A DNA stretch of 64,000 nucleotides. Origin: Escherichia phage saus132. Below, in pieces: positions 17,174 to 27,597 of this stretch. The stretch lies in sequence record NC_047884.1. The stretch is one strand, 5' to 3'. The number at the start of each line of letters is the position of its first letter. The stretch's first letter is position 1. The position numbers were made by a program, and so were the translations under genes. The notes under the pieces were generated by a model. It saw nothing but the letters and a program-made list of their open reading frames with translations. It had not been told where the DNA came from and ran no database searches.

Positions 17174-19741
17174 TTGAAAATTGCAGTAGTTGATAAAGCT
17201 CTAAATAACACTCGTTATGATAAACACTTCCAGCTTTATGGTGAGGAAGTTGATGTATTCCATATGTGTAACGAGAAGTTATCTGGCCGTTTGCTGAAAA
17301 AGCATATTACAATCGGAACTCCAGATAACCCGTTCGATCCGAACGATTACGATTTTGTTGTACTAGTTGGTGCTGAACCTTTCCTGTATTTCGCAGGTAA
17401 GAAAGGTATCGGTGATTATACTGGTAAACGTGTAGAGCATGGAGGCTATGCCAACTGGATTGCAAGTATTAGTCCAGCTCAGCTACACTTTAAACCTGAA
17501 ATGAAACCAGTTTTCGATGCAACTGTTGAAAGTATTCATGACATTATTAATGGTCGTGAGAAGATTGCAAAAGCTGGTGATTATCGTCCTATTACTGATC
17601 CAGATGAAGCTGAAGAATACATCAAGATGGTGTATAATATGGTTATCGGACCTATCGCATTCGACTCCGAAACCTCAGCTCTGTATGCTCGTGATGGTTA
17701 TCTTCTTGGTGTTTCTATGTCTCACCAAGAGTATCAGGGTGTCTATATTGACTCTGACAGCATTACCGAAGTAGCTGTACATTATCTCCAGAAAATTCTG
17801 GATAGCAAGAATCATCAGATCGTTTTTCATAACTTGAAGTTCGATATGCACTTTTACTCCTATCATCTAGGACTTTCCTTCGAGAAAGCACATAAAGAGC
17901 GTAGACTTCATGATACCATGTTGCAACACTATGTTCTTGATGAACGTCGTGGTACTCACGGCTTGAAATCTCTGGCTATGAAGTATACTGACATGGGCGA
18001 TTATGACTTTGAACTGGATAAGTTCAAGGATGATTATTGCAAGGCACATAAGATCAAAAAAGAGGATTTCAGCTATGATCTGATTCCTTTTGATATTATG
18101 TGGCCATATGCTGCAAAAGATACCGATGCTACTCTGCGTCTGCATAACTTCTTCTTACCAAAAATTGAGAAGAACGAAAAGCTTTGCAGTCTATACTACG
18201 AAGTTCTGATGCCTGGTTGTGTATTCCTGCAACGTGTTGAAGATCGTGGTGTACCGATTTCCGTTGATCGCTTGAAAGAAGCTCAGTATCAGTTGACACA
18301 TCGATTAAATATGGCTCGTGAGAAGCTGTATACTTATCCAGAAGTCGTTCAGCTGGAGAAGAATCAGAACGAAGCGTTTAACCCGAACTCTGTTAAGCAA
18401 CTCCGTGTTCTTCTGTTTGATTATGTTGGTTTGACTCCAACTGGTAAACTGACGGATACAGGTGCAGATTCTACAAATGCAGAAGCTCTGAATGAACTGG
18501 CTACTCAGCACCCGATTGCTAAAACTCTGCTAGAGATTCGTAAGCTGACTAAGCTGATCTCTACTTATGTTGAGAAGATTCTTCTGAGCATCGATGCAGA
18601 TGGTTGCATTCGTACCGGTTTCCACGAACACATGACTACTTCTGGTCGTCTGAGTTCTTCTGGTAAGCTAAACCTGCAACAGTTACCACGTGATGAATCT
18701 ATTATCAAGGGTTGTGTAGTAGCTCCCCCTGGATATCGTGTAATCGCATGGGACTTAACAACTGCGGAAGTTTATTACGCTGCTGTACTGTCTGGTGACA
18801 GAAACATGCAACAAGTATTTATCAACATGAAGAATGAGCCGGATAAATACCCTGACTTCCACTCAAACATCGCACACATGGTATTTAAACTGACCTGTGA
18901 ACCACGTGATGTTAAAAAGCTGTTCCCAGCTCTGCGTCAGGCTGCTAAGGCAATTACCTTCGGTATTCTGTATGGTTCTGGCCCAGCGAAAGTAGCTCAT
19001 TCTGTTAACGAAGCTCTTCTGGAACAGGCTGCTAAGACAGGTGAACCGTTTGTTGAATGTACCGTTGCAGATGCTAAGGACTATATCGAAACTTACTTCG
19101 GTCAGTTCCCTCAGCTTAAGCGTTGGATTGATAAGTGCCACGATCAGATCAAGAACTTTGGATTCATCTATAGTCACTTTGGTCGTAAGCGTCGTCTGCA
19201 CAACATCCATTCCGAAGATCGTGGTGTTCAGGGTGAAGAAATCCGTTCTGGATTTAACGCAATCATTCAGTCTGCATCTTCTGATAGCCTGTTGTTAGGT
19301 GCTATTGATGCTGATGAAGAAATCCTGTCACTGGGTCTAGGAAAAGAGATGAAGATCGTCATGTTGGTTCACGACTCCGTGGTTGCCATTGTACGTGAAG
19401 ATCTGATCGATCAGTATAACGAGATTCTGATTCGTAACATCCAGAAGGATCGTGGTATTAGTATCCCTGGCTGCCCAATCGGTATTGATTCTGATTCTGA
19501 GAAAGGTGGTTCTCGCGACTACTCTTGTGGTAAGATGAAGAAACAGCACCCATCAATCGCTTGTATTGATGATGATGAATATACTCGTTATGTTAAGGGT
19601 GTATTACTCGATGCAGATTTCGAGTATAAGAAGTTAGCTGCAATGGATAAAGAGCATCCAGACCACAGCAAGTACAAGGATGATAAGTTTATTGCTGTAT
19701 GTAAAGATCTGGATAATGTGAAAAGGATTTTAGGTGCTTGA
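17174..19741 (+). CDS. Family A DNA polymerase with 3'-5' exonuclease domain
   Basis: 855 aa, the size remembered for T5 DNA polymerase; Exo I IAFDSET; motif B RQAAKAITFGILYG; motif C LVHDS; TTG start behind RBS AAGGAGA. Confidence 0.95.
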   Translation: MKIAVVDKALNNTRYDKHFQLYGEEVDVFHMCNEKLSGRLLKKHITIGTPDNPFDPNDYDFVVLVGAEPFLYFAGKKGIGDYTGKRVEHGGYANWIASISPAQLHFKPEMKPVFDATVESIHDIINGREKIAKAGDYRPITDPDEAEEYIKMVYNMVIGPIAFDSETSALYARDGYLLGVSMSHQEYQGVYIDSDSITEVAVHYLQKILDSKNHQIVFHNLKFDMHFYSYHLGLSFEKAHKERRLHDTMLQHYVLDERRGTHGLKSLAMKYTDMGDYDFELDKFKDDYCKAHKIKKEDFSYDLIPFDIMWPYAAKDTDATLRLHNFFLPKIEKNEKLCSLYYEVLMPGCVFLQRVEDRGVPISVDRLKEAQYQLTHRLNMAREKLYTYPEVVQLEKNQNEAFNPNSVKQLRVLLFDYVGLTPTGKLTDTGADSTNAEALNELATQHPIAKTLLEIRKLTKLISTYVEKILLSIDADGCIRTGFHEHMTTSGRLSSSGKLNLQQLPRDESIIKGCVVAPPGYRVIAWDLTTAEVYYAAVLSGDRNMQQVFINMKNEPDKYPDFHSNIAHMVFKLTCEPRDVKKLFPALRQAAKAITFGILYGSGPAKVAHSVNEALLEQAAKTGEPFVECTVADAKDYIETYFGQFPQLKRWIDKCHDQIKNFGFIYSHFGRKRRLHNIHSEDRGVQGEEIRSGFNAIIQSASSDSLLLGAIDADEEILSLGLGKEMKIVMLVHDSVVAIVREDLIDQYNEILIRNIQKDRGISIPGCPIGIDSDSEKGGSRDYSCGKMKKQHPSIACIDDDEYTRYVKGVLLDADFEYKKLAAMDKEHPDHSKYKDDKFIAVCKDLDNVKRILGA

Positions 19742-20231
19742 TTTCAAATTGCCCGTATATGCTTTACGGGCGTTTGTATCAATTGAGCAGGAAGGTGATT
19801 ATTCCGTAATTACAACAAGATATAATAAATATGTGCTAGATAACAGGAAGTTGCCTGGCACATTCTCTCAACGTAGATTAGACCTATTCGAGAAGCGGAA
19901 AGAATTACCTTATAAGCTCTATCCTATTCGTGGTAGAATATCAATGTTGTCCCAATTAGTTGGGTCAAAGCGTAGCCAGTTCATAGATTCTGATGGAAAT
20001 CTTATTAATTGGAAGAAAACTACGTTCTATGATGTTATCACGTCTAAAGTTCTGCATTCTGCAAGAATTTATAATGGAAAGTATCAATGTTATGTGGCCA
20101 AAGTTCCATATCCATTCGTACTATCCTATGTTCCAGCTTATATAAGCTATATTCTGGTAAATAATAGCCCTGTTATTTACCAAGTCCATCAAGAGGAGCC
20201 TGAAATTCCTAGACTTAGAATAAAATTATGA
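19734..20231 (+). CDS. Hypothetical protein
   Basis: GTG start behind RBS AAAAGGA; AT-rich. Confidence 0.5.
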   Translation: MLDFKLPVYALRAFVSIEQEGDYSVITTRYNKYVLDNRKLPGTFSQRRLDLFEKRKELPYKLYPIRGRISMLSQLVGSKRSQFIDSDGNLINWKKTTFYDVITSKVLHSARIYNGKYQCYVAKVPYPFVLSYVPAYISYILVNNSPVIYQVHQEEPEIPRLRIKL

Positions 20232-21574
20232 AGGTTGTTATATCTAATAAAGCCTATTTCAAGCCCGATGATGAACTCTGGGATTACTGTAGTAAACAAA
20301 CTACTTATCACATCGAGACAATGACTAGTAAATACCCTATTATGTATAAGAATAGTGGTGTTGTTGCTAAAGAGATTAAGTGGATTCCCGTTACGCGTCT
20401 GGATTTACTAGAGGCTAAGGGAGTAAAATACGAATTAGTTGATAAACGCACGTTATCTCCGGTAGAAATACCAGAACCTCAGTTCAAGCTACGTGAAGAA
20501 GATCAGCTTCCTATATATGAAGAGTGTGATGATACTTGTATTATCAATGGTAAGCCTGGATTTGGTAAAACTATCTTAGCTCTAGCTCTTGCGTATAAGT
20601 TTGGTCAGAAAACTCTGGTAATCTGCACTAACACATCCATTCGTGAAATGTGGGCTGCAGAAGTTCGTAAATGGTTTGGGTTCGAGCCTGGTATTATAGG
20701 TTCTGGAAAGTATAATATTGATCCACCAATCGTGGTCAGTAATATACAAACAGTGAACAAACATGCGAATAATCTTTCTAAGGTATTCGGTACTGTTATA
20801 GTTGATGAAGTTCACCACTGTGTAGCTACAACTTTCACTAATTTCCTAGAGATCTCATGTGCTCGCTACAAGATCGGTCTATCAGGTACATTAAAACGTA
20901 AAGATGGGCTACAAGTTATGTTCAAAGATTTCTTTGGATATAAGATCTTTAGTCCCCCTGTTAATAACACTGTTCCACCCACAATCCATAGGTACTCCGT
21001 ACCTGTCGAGTTATCAGGAAACCAGAACGTACCGTGGGCACTACGTGCTAATGATGTATATAATCATCCTGAATATCGGGAAACTATTATAAACCTAGCA
21101 CATTTATATGTGTCTATGGGGCATAAGGTTCTCTTTGTAAGTGATAGGACGGAACTAATCCAAACAATATTAGAAGCTCTCGCACAACGTGGTGTTACAA
21201 CCTATGAGATTATAGGTGCAACTCCTTTGGATGACCGATTGAGAATCCAGAAAGATGTAGCGGAGGGCGGACCCTGTGTGCTTGCAGCAGCTCAGAGTAT
21301 CTTCTCAGAAGGTATTTCTCTTAACGAGCTGTCTTGTTTAATAATGGGAAGTCTCATTAATAATGAATCTCTCATAGAACAGTTAGCAGGCCGCGTTCAA
21401 CGTATTGTTGACGGAAAGTTAGATCCGATTGTTGTAGATTTAATTATGAAAGGAGGTACTGGTTTAAGACAGGCTTCTGGACGTATGGCCGTGTATCGCA
21501 ATAATGCATGGAAAACTATTACTATGACTCCGGAGAAAGCAGTTAGATTAGCCCAGGAAGTATTTAAGGCATAA
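20228..21574 (+). CDS. SF2 DNA helicase (T5 D10-like)
   Basis: Walker A GKPGFGKT, DEAH-type box VIVDEVHH; position after polymerase as for T5 D10. Confidence 0.8.
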   Translation: MKVVISNKAYFKPDDELWDYCSKQTTYHIETMTSKYPIMYKNSGVVAKEIKWIPVTRLDLLEAKGVKYELVDKRTLSPVEIPEPQFKLREEDQLPIYEECDDTCIINGKPGFGKTILALALAYKFGQKTLVICTNTSIREMWAAEVRKWFGFEPGIIGSGKYNIDPPIVVSNIQTVNKHANNLSKVFGTVIVDEVHHCVATTFTNFLEISCARYKIGLSGTLKRKDGLQVMFKDFFGYKIFSPPVNNTVPPTIHRYSVPVELSGNQNVPWALRANDVYNHPEYRETIINLAHLYVSMGHKVLFVSDRTELIQTILEALAQRGVTTYEIIGATPLDDRLRIQKDVAEGGPCVLAAAQSIFSEGISLNELSCLIMGSLINNESLIEQLAGRVQRIVDGKLDPIVVDLIMKGGTGLRQASGRMAVYRNNAWKTITMTPEKAVRLAQEVFKA

Positions 21575-21575
21575 A

Positions 21576-22106
21576 ATGATAACACAAGATAAGCTCAAAG
21601 AACTTTTCGAGTATAACCCAGATACAGGTGATTTTACTCGTAGAGTAGCTAAAGGTAGAGCTGCAAAAGGAAGTATTGCTGGATCTCGTAACTCTAATGG
21701 TTATGTCTATATAAAAATAGATAAAATATCTTATCCTGCACATAGGCTTGCCTTCCTATACGTGGAAGGCAGGCTTCCTGAAGAGATAGACCATATTAAT
21801 CGTATAAGATGGGATAATAGGTGGAATAACTTGCGAGAGACCACACATCAACAAAACTGCAGAAATAGAAACACTAGAAGTACTTCTGGATATTTAGGCG
21901 TACATTGGGATAATAATTCTTCTAAATGGAAGGTAGAGATAACTAACTGTATAGGTGTTAAAATATACGGTGGGTTATTCCCTTATGAGGAATTAGAGTT
22001 AGCTATAGATAAAGCTAATGAACTTAGAGCACAGCATCTAGGCATGGATTCCAGACAAGAACTATTCAAAGGATATATTTGTCGACGTGAGGACTTAGAT
22101 AAGTAA
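21576..22106 (+). CDS. HNH homing endonuclease with AP2-type DNA-binding domain
   Basis: EIDHINRIRWDNRWNNLRETTHQQN (HNH_3-like) then SGYLGVHWDNNSSKWKVEI (AP2-like). Confidence 0.75.
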   Translation: MITQDKLKELFEYNPDTGDFTRRVAKGRAAKGSIAGSRNSNGYVYIKIDKISYPAHRLAFLYVEGRLPEEIDHINRIRWDNRWNNLRETTHQQNCRNRNTRSTSGYLGVHWDNNSSKWKVEITNCIGVKIYGGLFPYEELELAIDKANELRAQHLGMDSRQELFKGYICRREDLDK

Positions 22107-22114
22107 AATTGCAT

Positions 22115-22143
22115 TTGGCAACTGCTCATAATTATTGTATAAT
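22115..22143 (+). promoter_or_regulatory. Early promoter (first of a tandem pair)
   Basis: TTGGCA, 17 bp spacer, TGTATAAT, then ATACACATAAATTTGAGAGAGAAAG. Confidence 0.45.
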
Positions 22144-22214
22144 ATACACATAAATTTGAGAGAGAAAGTTTCGGATTGATAAGAAAGTCCGAAGCAGAAA
22201 AATAAAAATTGTAC

Positions 22215-22244
22215 TTGTCAAATCCTCCCGATTTAATGTATAAT
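22215..22244 (+). promoter_or_regulatory. Early promoter (second of a tandem pair)
   Basis: TTGTCA, 18 bp spacer, TGTATAAT, then ATATACATAAATTGATGAGAGA. Confidence 0.45.
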
Positions 22245-22271
22245 ATATACATAAATTGATGAGAGACAAAA

Positions 22272-22634
22272 ATGAAATTCTTTGATTACGAGAGAATTTA
22301 CCTCTTAGCTAGAGGAAACTCCGACCTGATTGTCAAGCTATTTAATAGAATGCTTGCAGAGCCTGATGCTCACCAGTTACTGGTCGGTTCTTCATTCATC
22401 TTGAATGAATCAACTATTGTTGATAACCCTTACAAATTGTCTAATAGACAACTGGCAGAATATCTAGGAATTCTAAGTCTACGAAATTATGCCGAATATA
22501 AGTTTACAAACGATCCGAGTTTGGACATGCAATATGTCCCCATATGGATACCACGTTCTGTAATCGACACTAACCCACTAATTGCAATCAATAAATCGAA
22601 GATAATCTTTAAAGAGGAAATAAAATATGGCTAA
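22272..22634 (+). CDS. Hypothetical protein
   Basis: ORF downstream of tandem promoters. Confidence 0.55.
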   Translation: MKFFDYERIYLLARGNSDLIVKLFNRMLAEPDAHQLLVGSSFILNESTIVDNPYKLSNRQLAEYLGILSLRNYAEYKFTNDPSLDMQYVPIWIPRSVIDTNPLIAINKSKIIFKEEIKYG

Positions 22635-23400
22635 GTCTTGGGGCGAAACTACTGGCGGTTCTAACGATAAAATCGACTTCCTGAAATTCAACAACGGTGT
22701 AACTCGTGTTCGTATCGTTTCTGGTGTTCTTCCACGTTATGTCTACTGGCTGACTAACAAAGATGGTAATGCAGCTCCGTTTGAGTGCCTGCGTTTCAAC
22801 CGTACTAAAGAGAGCTTCGTTCGCGGTAAAGCTGACCCGATTCACGAAATGGGCTTCTTCGAGAAAGAGCTGGACAAAGATGGTAATCGTGTTCCGCTGA
22901 AACCGAAGAAAAACTACATCGCTTTCGTTATCGACCGTTCTGATAACAAACTGAAAGTTATGGAAGTTAAAGCTACGATCCTGAAAGGCATCCAGTCTAT
23001 CATGAAGCAGCTGAAACTGTCCGACCCGTTCGATATCGATATTTCTATCGAGAAGAAAGGTAAAGGCTTCGATACTGAGTACGATGTACAGCAGATCGCA
23101 GCAATGCAGTTCCAGATGGCTCTGAAAGATCCTACTAGCGCAGAAGCTAAACTGCACGCCGCAGATGCCGATATCCTCGGTGAAGCTATGTGTGATGATA
23201 CTGGTGAGTTCATCAAGTTTGAAAAAGTTCCTTCTCTGGAAGAAACCTACCCGGTTCCGTCCTACGAAGAGCAGAAAGAAGCTATTCTCGCCTTCATGGA
23301 AGGTCGTGAGAAGCAAGACGGCGGTGACGCTAAGTCTGGTGGTGATGCTGGTTCTCAGAAAGGCATCGACGCTGAAGCTGCTAGCGATCTGGACGACTAA
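22627..23400 (+). CDS. Abundant early protein, possibly ssDNA-binding (acidic C-terminal tail)
   Basis: High-expression codon usage; acidic C-terminus ...EAASDLDD; RBS AAGAGGAAA; followed by terminator. Confidence 0.5.
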   Translation: MAKSWGETTGGSNDKIDFLKFNNGVTRVRIVSGVLPRYVYWLTNKDGNAAPFECLRFNRTKESFVRGKADPIHEMGFFEKELDKDGNRVPLKPKKNYIAFVIDRSDNKLKVMEVKATILKGIQSIMKQLKLSDPFDIDISIEKKGKGFDTEYDVQQIAAMQFQMALKDPTSAEAKLHAADADILGEAMCDDTGEFIKFEKVPSLEETYPVPSYEEQKEAILAFMEGREKQDGGDAKSGGDAGSQKGIDAEAASDLDD

Positions 23401-23405
23401 TAAAC

Positions 23406-23435
23406 CAAGGGGAGCTACGGCTCCCTTTCTTTTTA
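23406..23435 (+). terminator. Rho-independent terminator
   Basis: AAGGGGAGC-tacg-GCTCCCTT followed by TCTTTTT. Confidence 0.6.
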
Positions 23436-23439
23436 ACTT

Positions 23440-24417
23440 ATGAGAATACTATTTAGTGCTGATCATCATATCAAATTAGGACAAGATAAAGTTCCAAAGG
23501 AATGGCAGAAGCGTCGCTTCCTGATGCTAGGAGAACGGTTAAATGACATATTCCATAATCATAACTGTGATCTGCATATTGCTGGTGGTGATATTCTTGA
23601 TGTTGCCGACCCATCGTCGGAAGAAATAGAACTTCTTGAACAGTTCATGTCAAGACTTGACCATTCAGGCAAGATCTTCACTGGGAACCATGAAATGTTA
23701 ACTAAAACTATTTCATGTCTGTATCATTATGCAGGAGTTATTAATAAAGTAACAAACGGAAATTGGGAAGTCATTACTAAACCATATCGTTCTCCTGAAT
23801 TTGATATTATCCCTTATGATGAAATCCACAAACCAAAGTGGAAACCATCTGAGTCAAAACTATGTTTCACGCATGTTCGTGGTGAAATCCCTCCACATGT
23901 AAAACCAGAGATTGATCTAACGAGGTATAACTGTTATGACACTGTAATTGCTGGCGATTTACATTCTTATACTAATAGTCAAACTGTTGGTTCTACTAGA
24001 CTTCTTTATCCAGGATCTCCATTAACTACATCGTTCCATAGAGAACGAACAAAAGGTACAAATGGTTGTTTTATCATTGATACCGACACATTAAAAGTAG
24101 AATGGATTGAACTTGGTGACTTACCACAACTGATTCGTAAAACAATCGGAGTTGGTGAGGAAATGGAGCCTAGTGACTATGACCGTGTAATTTATGAAGT
24201 CACTGGTGACGTCGTTCAGTTAAAGTCTATTAAAGATTCTGATCTCTTAGATAAAAAGATTAACCATCGAGTTACTAAAGATGCTAAGTTAAATCTTGTT
24301 GATCTTGATATGTTAGGCGAGCTTGAGCTTTACTTCCGTGAAGTTGAAAAGCTGTCTCAAGACGACATTGATAGAATCTTGGCTAGAGCTGCTAAATATG
24401 TCAAAGATTATAATTAA
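23440..24417 (+). CDS. SbcD/Mre11-like metallophosphatase nuclease
   Basis: Motifs ADHH, AGGDILD, GNHE. Confidence 0.85.
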   Translation: MRILFSADHHIKLGQDKVPKEWQKRRFLMLGERLNDIFHNHNCDLHIAGGDILDVADPSSEEIELLEQFMSRLDHSGKIFTGNHEMLTKTISCLYHYAGVINKVTNGNWEVITKPYRSPEFDIIPYDEIHKPKWKPSESKLCFTHVRGEIPPHVKPEIDLTRYNCYDTVIAGDLHSYTNSQTVGSTRLLYPGSPLTTSFHRERTKGTNGCFIIDTDTLKVEWIELGDLPQLIRKTIGVGEEMEPSDYDRVIYEVTGDVVQLKSIKDSDLLDKKINHRVTKDAKLNLVDLDMLGELELYFREVEKLSQDDIDRILARAAKYVKDYN

Positions 24418-26236
24418 GACACTAAAATTCAGCAACGTTATGTCTTACGGTAAGGATACCGTAATTCATTTCGATAAGAATCCAGTTACTCAGTTAATCG
24501 GAGGAAACGGTCTAGGGAAGTCCACTATTGCTACTGTTATTGAGGAATTGTTTTATAACAAGAACTCACGTGGTATCAAGAAGGACGCCCTATTCTCTTG
24601 GGGTTCTCCGAAGAAAGAGTATGATATGCATGCTTACTTCTCGAAAGATGAAGATGAGTATGAATTGCATAAAGTAGTTAAATCAACTGCTAAGGTTACA
24701 CTGATTAAGAATGGAGAAGATATCAGTGGACACACAGCAACTCAAACGTACAAGATGATTGAAGAGATTATGGGTGGTGACTTCCAAACATTCACTAAAC
24801 TAATCTATCAATCTGTTGGTTCCAATCTAGACTTCCTCAAAGCAACTGATGCAACACGTAAAGCTTTTCTTGTTAATCTGTTCAATCAGGAACAGTATAA
24901 AGAGATGTCAGAAACTATTAAGGCTGATCGTAAAGAAGTGGCAAGTACGTTAAGTAACTTGCAAGGCCAGATGGCCGTAATTACGAAGATCCTCAATGGA
25001 AAAGGTAATCTCGGAAGTTTACAGGAGCCAGTTGAAGTTCCAGAATTTGATGAAGAACCGTTAGCACAAGAACTTACTGAATCGAAAATTAAGGCGGCAT
25101 TAGCCAAGTCACAAGAGGCTAATATTACTAAACTCCGTAATTTGGACAAAGCTGTACAAGTTGCCGAACAATCTTTCGAGCCTTTCAAAAATTTCCCTGC
25201 GCCCACCGACCAATCTGAAGAGATCTCAAGTGTTACGCGTGACTTAACGATTGTTGCCTCACGTGCGGGAGAAGTCAAGAAACGTTATCAGAAGTTTAAG
25301 CAAGAGGCTTCAAATACTGAATGTCCTACTTGTGGTACGCATCTTGATACAACTGCTGCTCAAAAAGCAATGGATATGGCTAGAACAGAATATGATCCTC
25401 TGTTTAAAGAGAAACAATCTCTTGAAGCTACATTGGAGCAGTTGAAGAAAGAACAAGTCGAGTACACTGCGTATACTAGAGCTAAGGATGCTTTGGATAA
25501 GGCAATAGAAGCTAGGGACGAGTTCAAAAATTCAATGAGTGATGCTTCTTTTGAAGAACTCAATGTGCAAATCCTACAGGTGCAAATCCGACAATTAGAA
25601 CAGGAAATCGCTGATGGCCGTTCTAAAGTTGCAATTGCCAAAGAGCATAATGTAAATGTCGAATTAGCCAATGCAAAATATAAAGCGAAACTAGAACAGA
25701 TTGAAAAAGCTGAGGCAGAAATGTCTGAGATAACGTCCAAACTGGATGGAGTATCAGAAGCTGTTGCTGATCTTGATATTCTGATCGCTGCATTGAAAAA
25801 TCTGGTAGGATATAAACTAGAGCATAGTGTGAAAGTATTTGAGGAATTGATTAATAAATATCTTTCTATTATGACTGGTGGTAAGTTCGCACTTGGATTT
25901 GAACTTGATGAAACTAAATTACAAGTAGTAATCTTCAATGATGGAAACCGCACCAGTATGGAGAACTGCTCTACAGGTCAGCAAAGTAGAATTAACCTAG
26001 CAACTCTGTTAGCAATTCGAATGCTGTTAACATCTATTAGTAAAGTTAATATTAATCTTCTGTTCCTTGACGAAGTTATTAGCTTTATTGATACGAAAGG
26101 ACTTGATACTCTCGTTGAATTATTAAATGAGGAGGATAGTCTGAATTCTATCATTGTTTCTCATGGGCATACGCATCCATTAGCCCATAAGATTACTGTC
26201 AAAAAAGATGCAGAAGGATTTTCCTACTTAGAATAA
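24398..26236 (+). CDS. SbcC/Rad50-like ATPase
   Basis: Walker A GGNGLGKST, CPTCG zinc hook, signature CSTGQQSRINLA, Walker B LLFLDEV; start at ATG 24398 (track start 24323 overlaps SbcD). Confidence 0.85.
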   Translation: MSKIIIKTLKFSNVMSYGKDTVIHFDKNPVTQLIGGNGLGKSTIATVIEELFYNKNSRGIKKDALFSWGSPKKEYDMHAYFSKDEDEYELHKVVKSTAKVTLIKNGEDISGHTATQTYKMIEEIMGGDFQTFTKLIYQSVGSNLDFLKATDATRKAFLVNLFNQEQYKEMSETIKADRKEVASTLSNLQGQMAVITKILNGKGNLGSLQEPVEVPEFDEEPLAQELTESKIKAALAKSQEANITKLRNLDKAVQVAEQSFEPFKNFPAPTDQSEEISSVTRDLTIVASRAGEVKKRYQKFKQEASNTECPTCGTHLDTTAAQKAMDMARTEYDPLFKEKQSLEATLEQLKKEQVEYTAYTRAKDALDKAIEARDEFKNSMSDASFEELNVQILQVQIRQLEQEIADGRSKVAIAKEHNVNVELANAKYKAKLEQIEKAEAEMSEITSKLDGVSEAVADLDILIAALKNLVGYKLEHSVKVFEELINKYLSIMTGGKFALGFELDETKLQVVIFNDGNRTSMENCSTGQQSRINLATLLAIRMLLTSISKVNINLLFLDEVISFIDTKGLDTLVELLNEEDSLNSIIVSHGHTHPLAHKITVKKDAEGFSYLE

Positions 26237-26239
26237 AAC

Positions 26240-26722
26240 ATGGCCGTAGATAGTAGAGAGAAAGGTAAACGTGGTGAATATCAGGTAAGAGATATACTGC
26301 GTGAACGTACAGGTCTTGAGTGGGAACGTGTTCCAGGTTCTGGTGCTTTTGGCCAGAGCCATGGACTGAAAGGTGACATCTACCTTCCACCACAAAGCGG
26401 ACACATTAGTAAATACTGCTTCGAAGTTAAGTGGTATAAAGATGATAACATATCAAGTAATTTATTTAACGTTGGTGAATCCACTCTAGAGAAGTGGTGG
26501 CAGCAGTGTTCCCGTGAAGGTGAACAGATGAACTCCAAACCAGCTTTAATATTCAAGAAAGACAGAGGACAGTGGTTAATTGCTTTGGATAGCTCAGACC
26601 CGATGGTCGACAACTTAATGAGTCGTACCCATATGGTGTTAAATAAGAAAGACATGGAAATCGTAATCGGGTTATTCGAACCGTGGTTACATCACGCATC
26701 TGTTGAGGACTTAATTAAATAA
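26240..26722 (+). CDS. Putative PD-(D/E)XK-type nuclease (resolvase-like)
   Basis: GDIY...FEVKWYK fits a D...ExK arrangement. Confidence 0.45.
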   Translation: MAVDSREKGKRGEYQVRDILRERTGLEWERVPGSGAFGQSHGLKGDIYLPPQSGHISKYCFEVKWYKDDNISSNLFNVGESTLEKWWQQCSREGEQMNSKPALIFKKDRGQWLIALDSSDPMVDNLMSRTHMVLNKKDMEIVIGLFEPWLHHASVEDLIK

Positions 26723-27597
26723 TGAGTAAATCCTGGGGAAAATTTATTGAAGAGGAAGAAGCTGAGCTGGCTTCTCGTCGCAACCTAATGATTGTTGATG
26801 GAACTAACTTAGGCTTCCGCTTCAAACATAATAATAGTAAGAAACCATTCGCTTCAAGTTATGTTTCTACAATTCAATCTTTAGCAAAATCCTATTCAGC
26901 TAGAACTACAATCGTTCTCGGCGATAAAGGAAAGTCTGTATTCCGTTTAGAACATCTTCCCGATTACAAAGGGAACCGTGACGAAAAGTATGCACAACGT
27001 ACAGAAGAAGAGAAAGCACTAGATGAACAGTTCTTCGAGTATCTTCGTGATGCTTTCGAGTTGTGTGAAACCACATTCCCAACTTTCACTATTCGTGGTG
27101 TAGAAGCAGACGATATGGCAGCTTATATTGTTAAGCTCATTGGTCATTTATATGATCACGTTTGGCTGATCTCTACTGATGGTGACTGGGATACTCTATT
27201 AACTGATCGAGTTTCTCGCTTCTCCTTCACCACACGTCGTGAGTACCATCTTCGTGATATGTATGAACATCATAACGTTGATGATGTAGATCAGTTTATC
27301 TCTCTGAAAGCAATTATGGGAGATCTTGGTGATAACATCCGTGGTGTTGAAGGCATCGGTGCAAAACGTGGTTATAATATTATCCGTGAATTTGGTAATG
27401 TTCTGGATATTATTGATCAACTCCCTCTGCCTGGGAAACAGAAATATATACAGAATCTAAATGCATCGGAGGAGTTGCTTTTCCGAAATTTGATTCTGGT
27501 TGATTTACCGACCTATTGTATAGATGCTATTGCTGCTGTGGGTCAAGACGTACTAGATAAGTTTACGAAAGATATTTTGGAGATCGCAGGACAATGA
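26722..27597 (+). CDS. 5'-3' exonuclease / flap endonuclease (T5 D15-like)
   Basis: 291 aa; MIVDGTNLGFR, GVEADD, ISTDGDWDTL, GDLGDNIRGVEGIGAKRG (FEN/PIN plus H3TH motifs). Confidence 0.95.
   Translation: MSKSWGKFIEEEEAELASRRNLMIVDGTNLGFRFKHNNSKKPFASSYVSTIQSLAKSYSARTTIVLGDKGKSVFRLEHLPDYKGNRDEKYAQRTEEEKALDEQFFEYLRDAFELCETTFPTFTIRGVEADDMAAYIVKLIGHLYDHVWLISTDGDWDTLLTDRVSRFSFTTRREYHLRDMYEHHNVDDVDQFISLKAIMGDLGDNIRGVEGIGAKRGYNIIREFGNVLDIIDQLPLPGKQKYIQNLNASEELLFRNLILVDLPTYCIDAIAAVGQDVLDKFTKDILEIAGQ

Noticed and set aside
22609-23316. Minus-strand 235-aa ORF
   Set aside because: Antisense to the codon-optimised early gene 22627..23400, which has a strong RBS and terminator; the antisense frame is open only because of codon bias.
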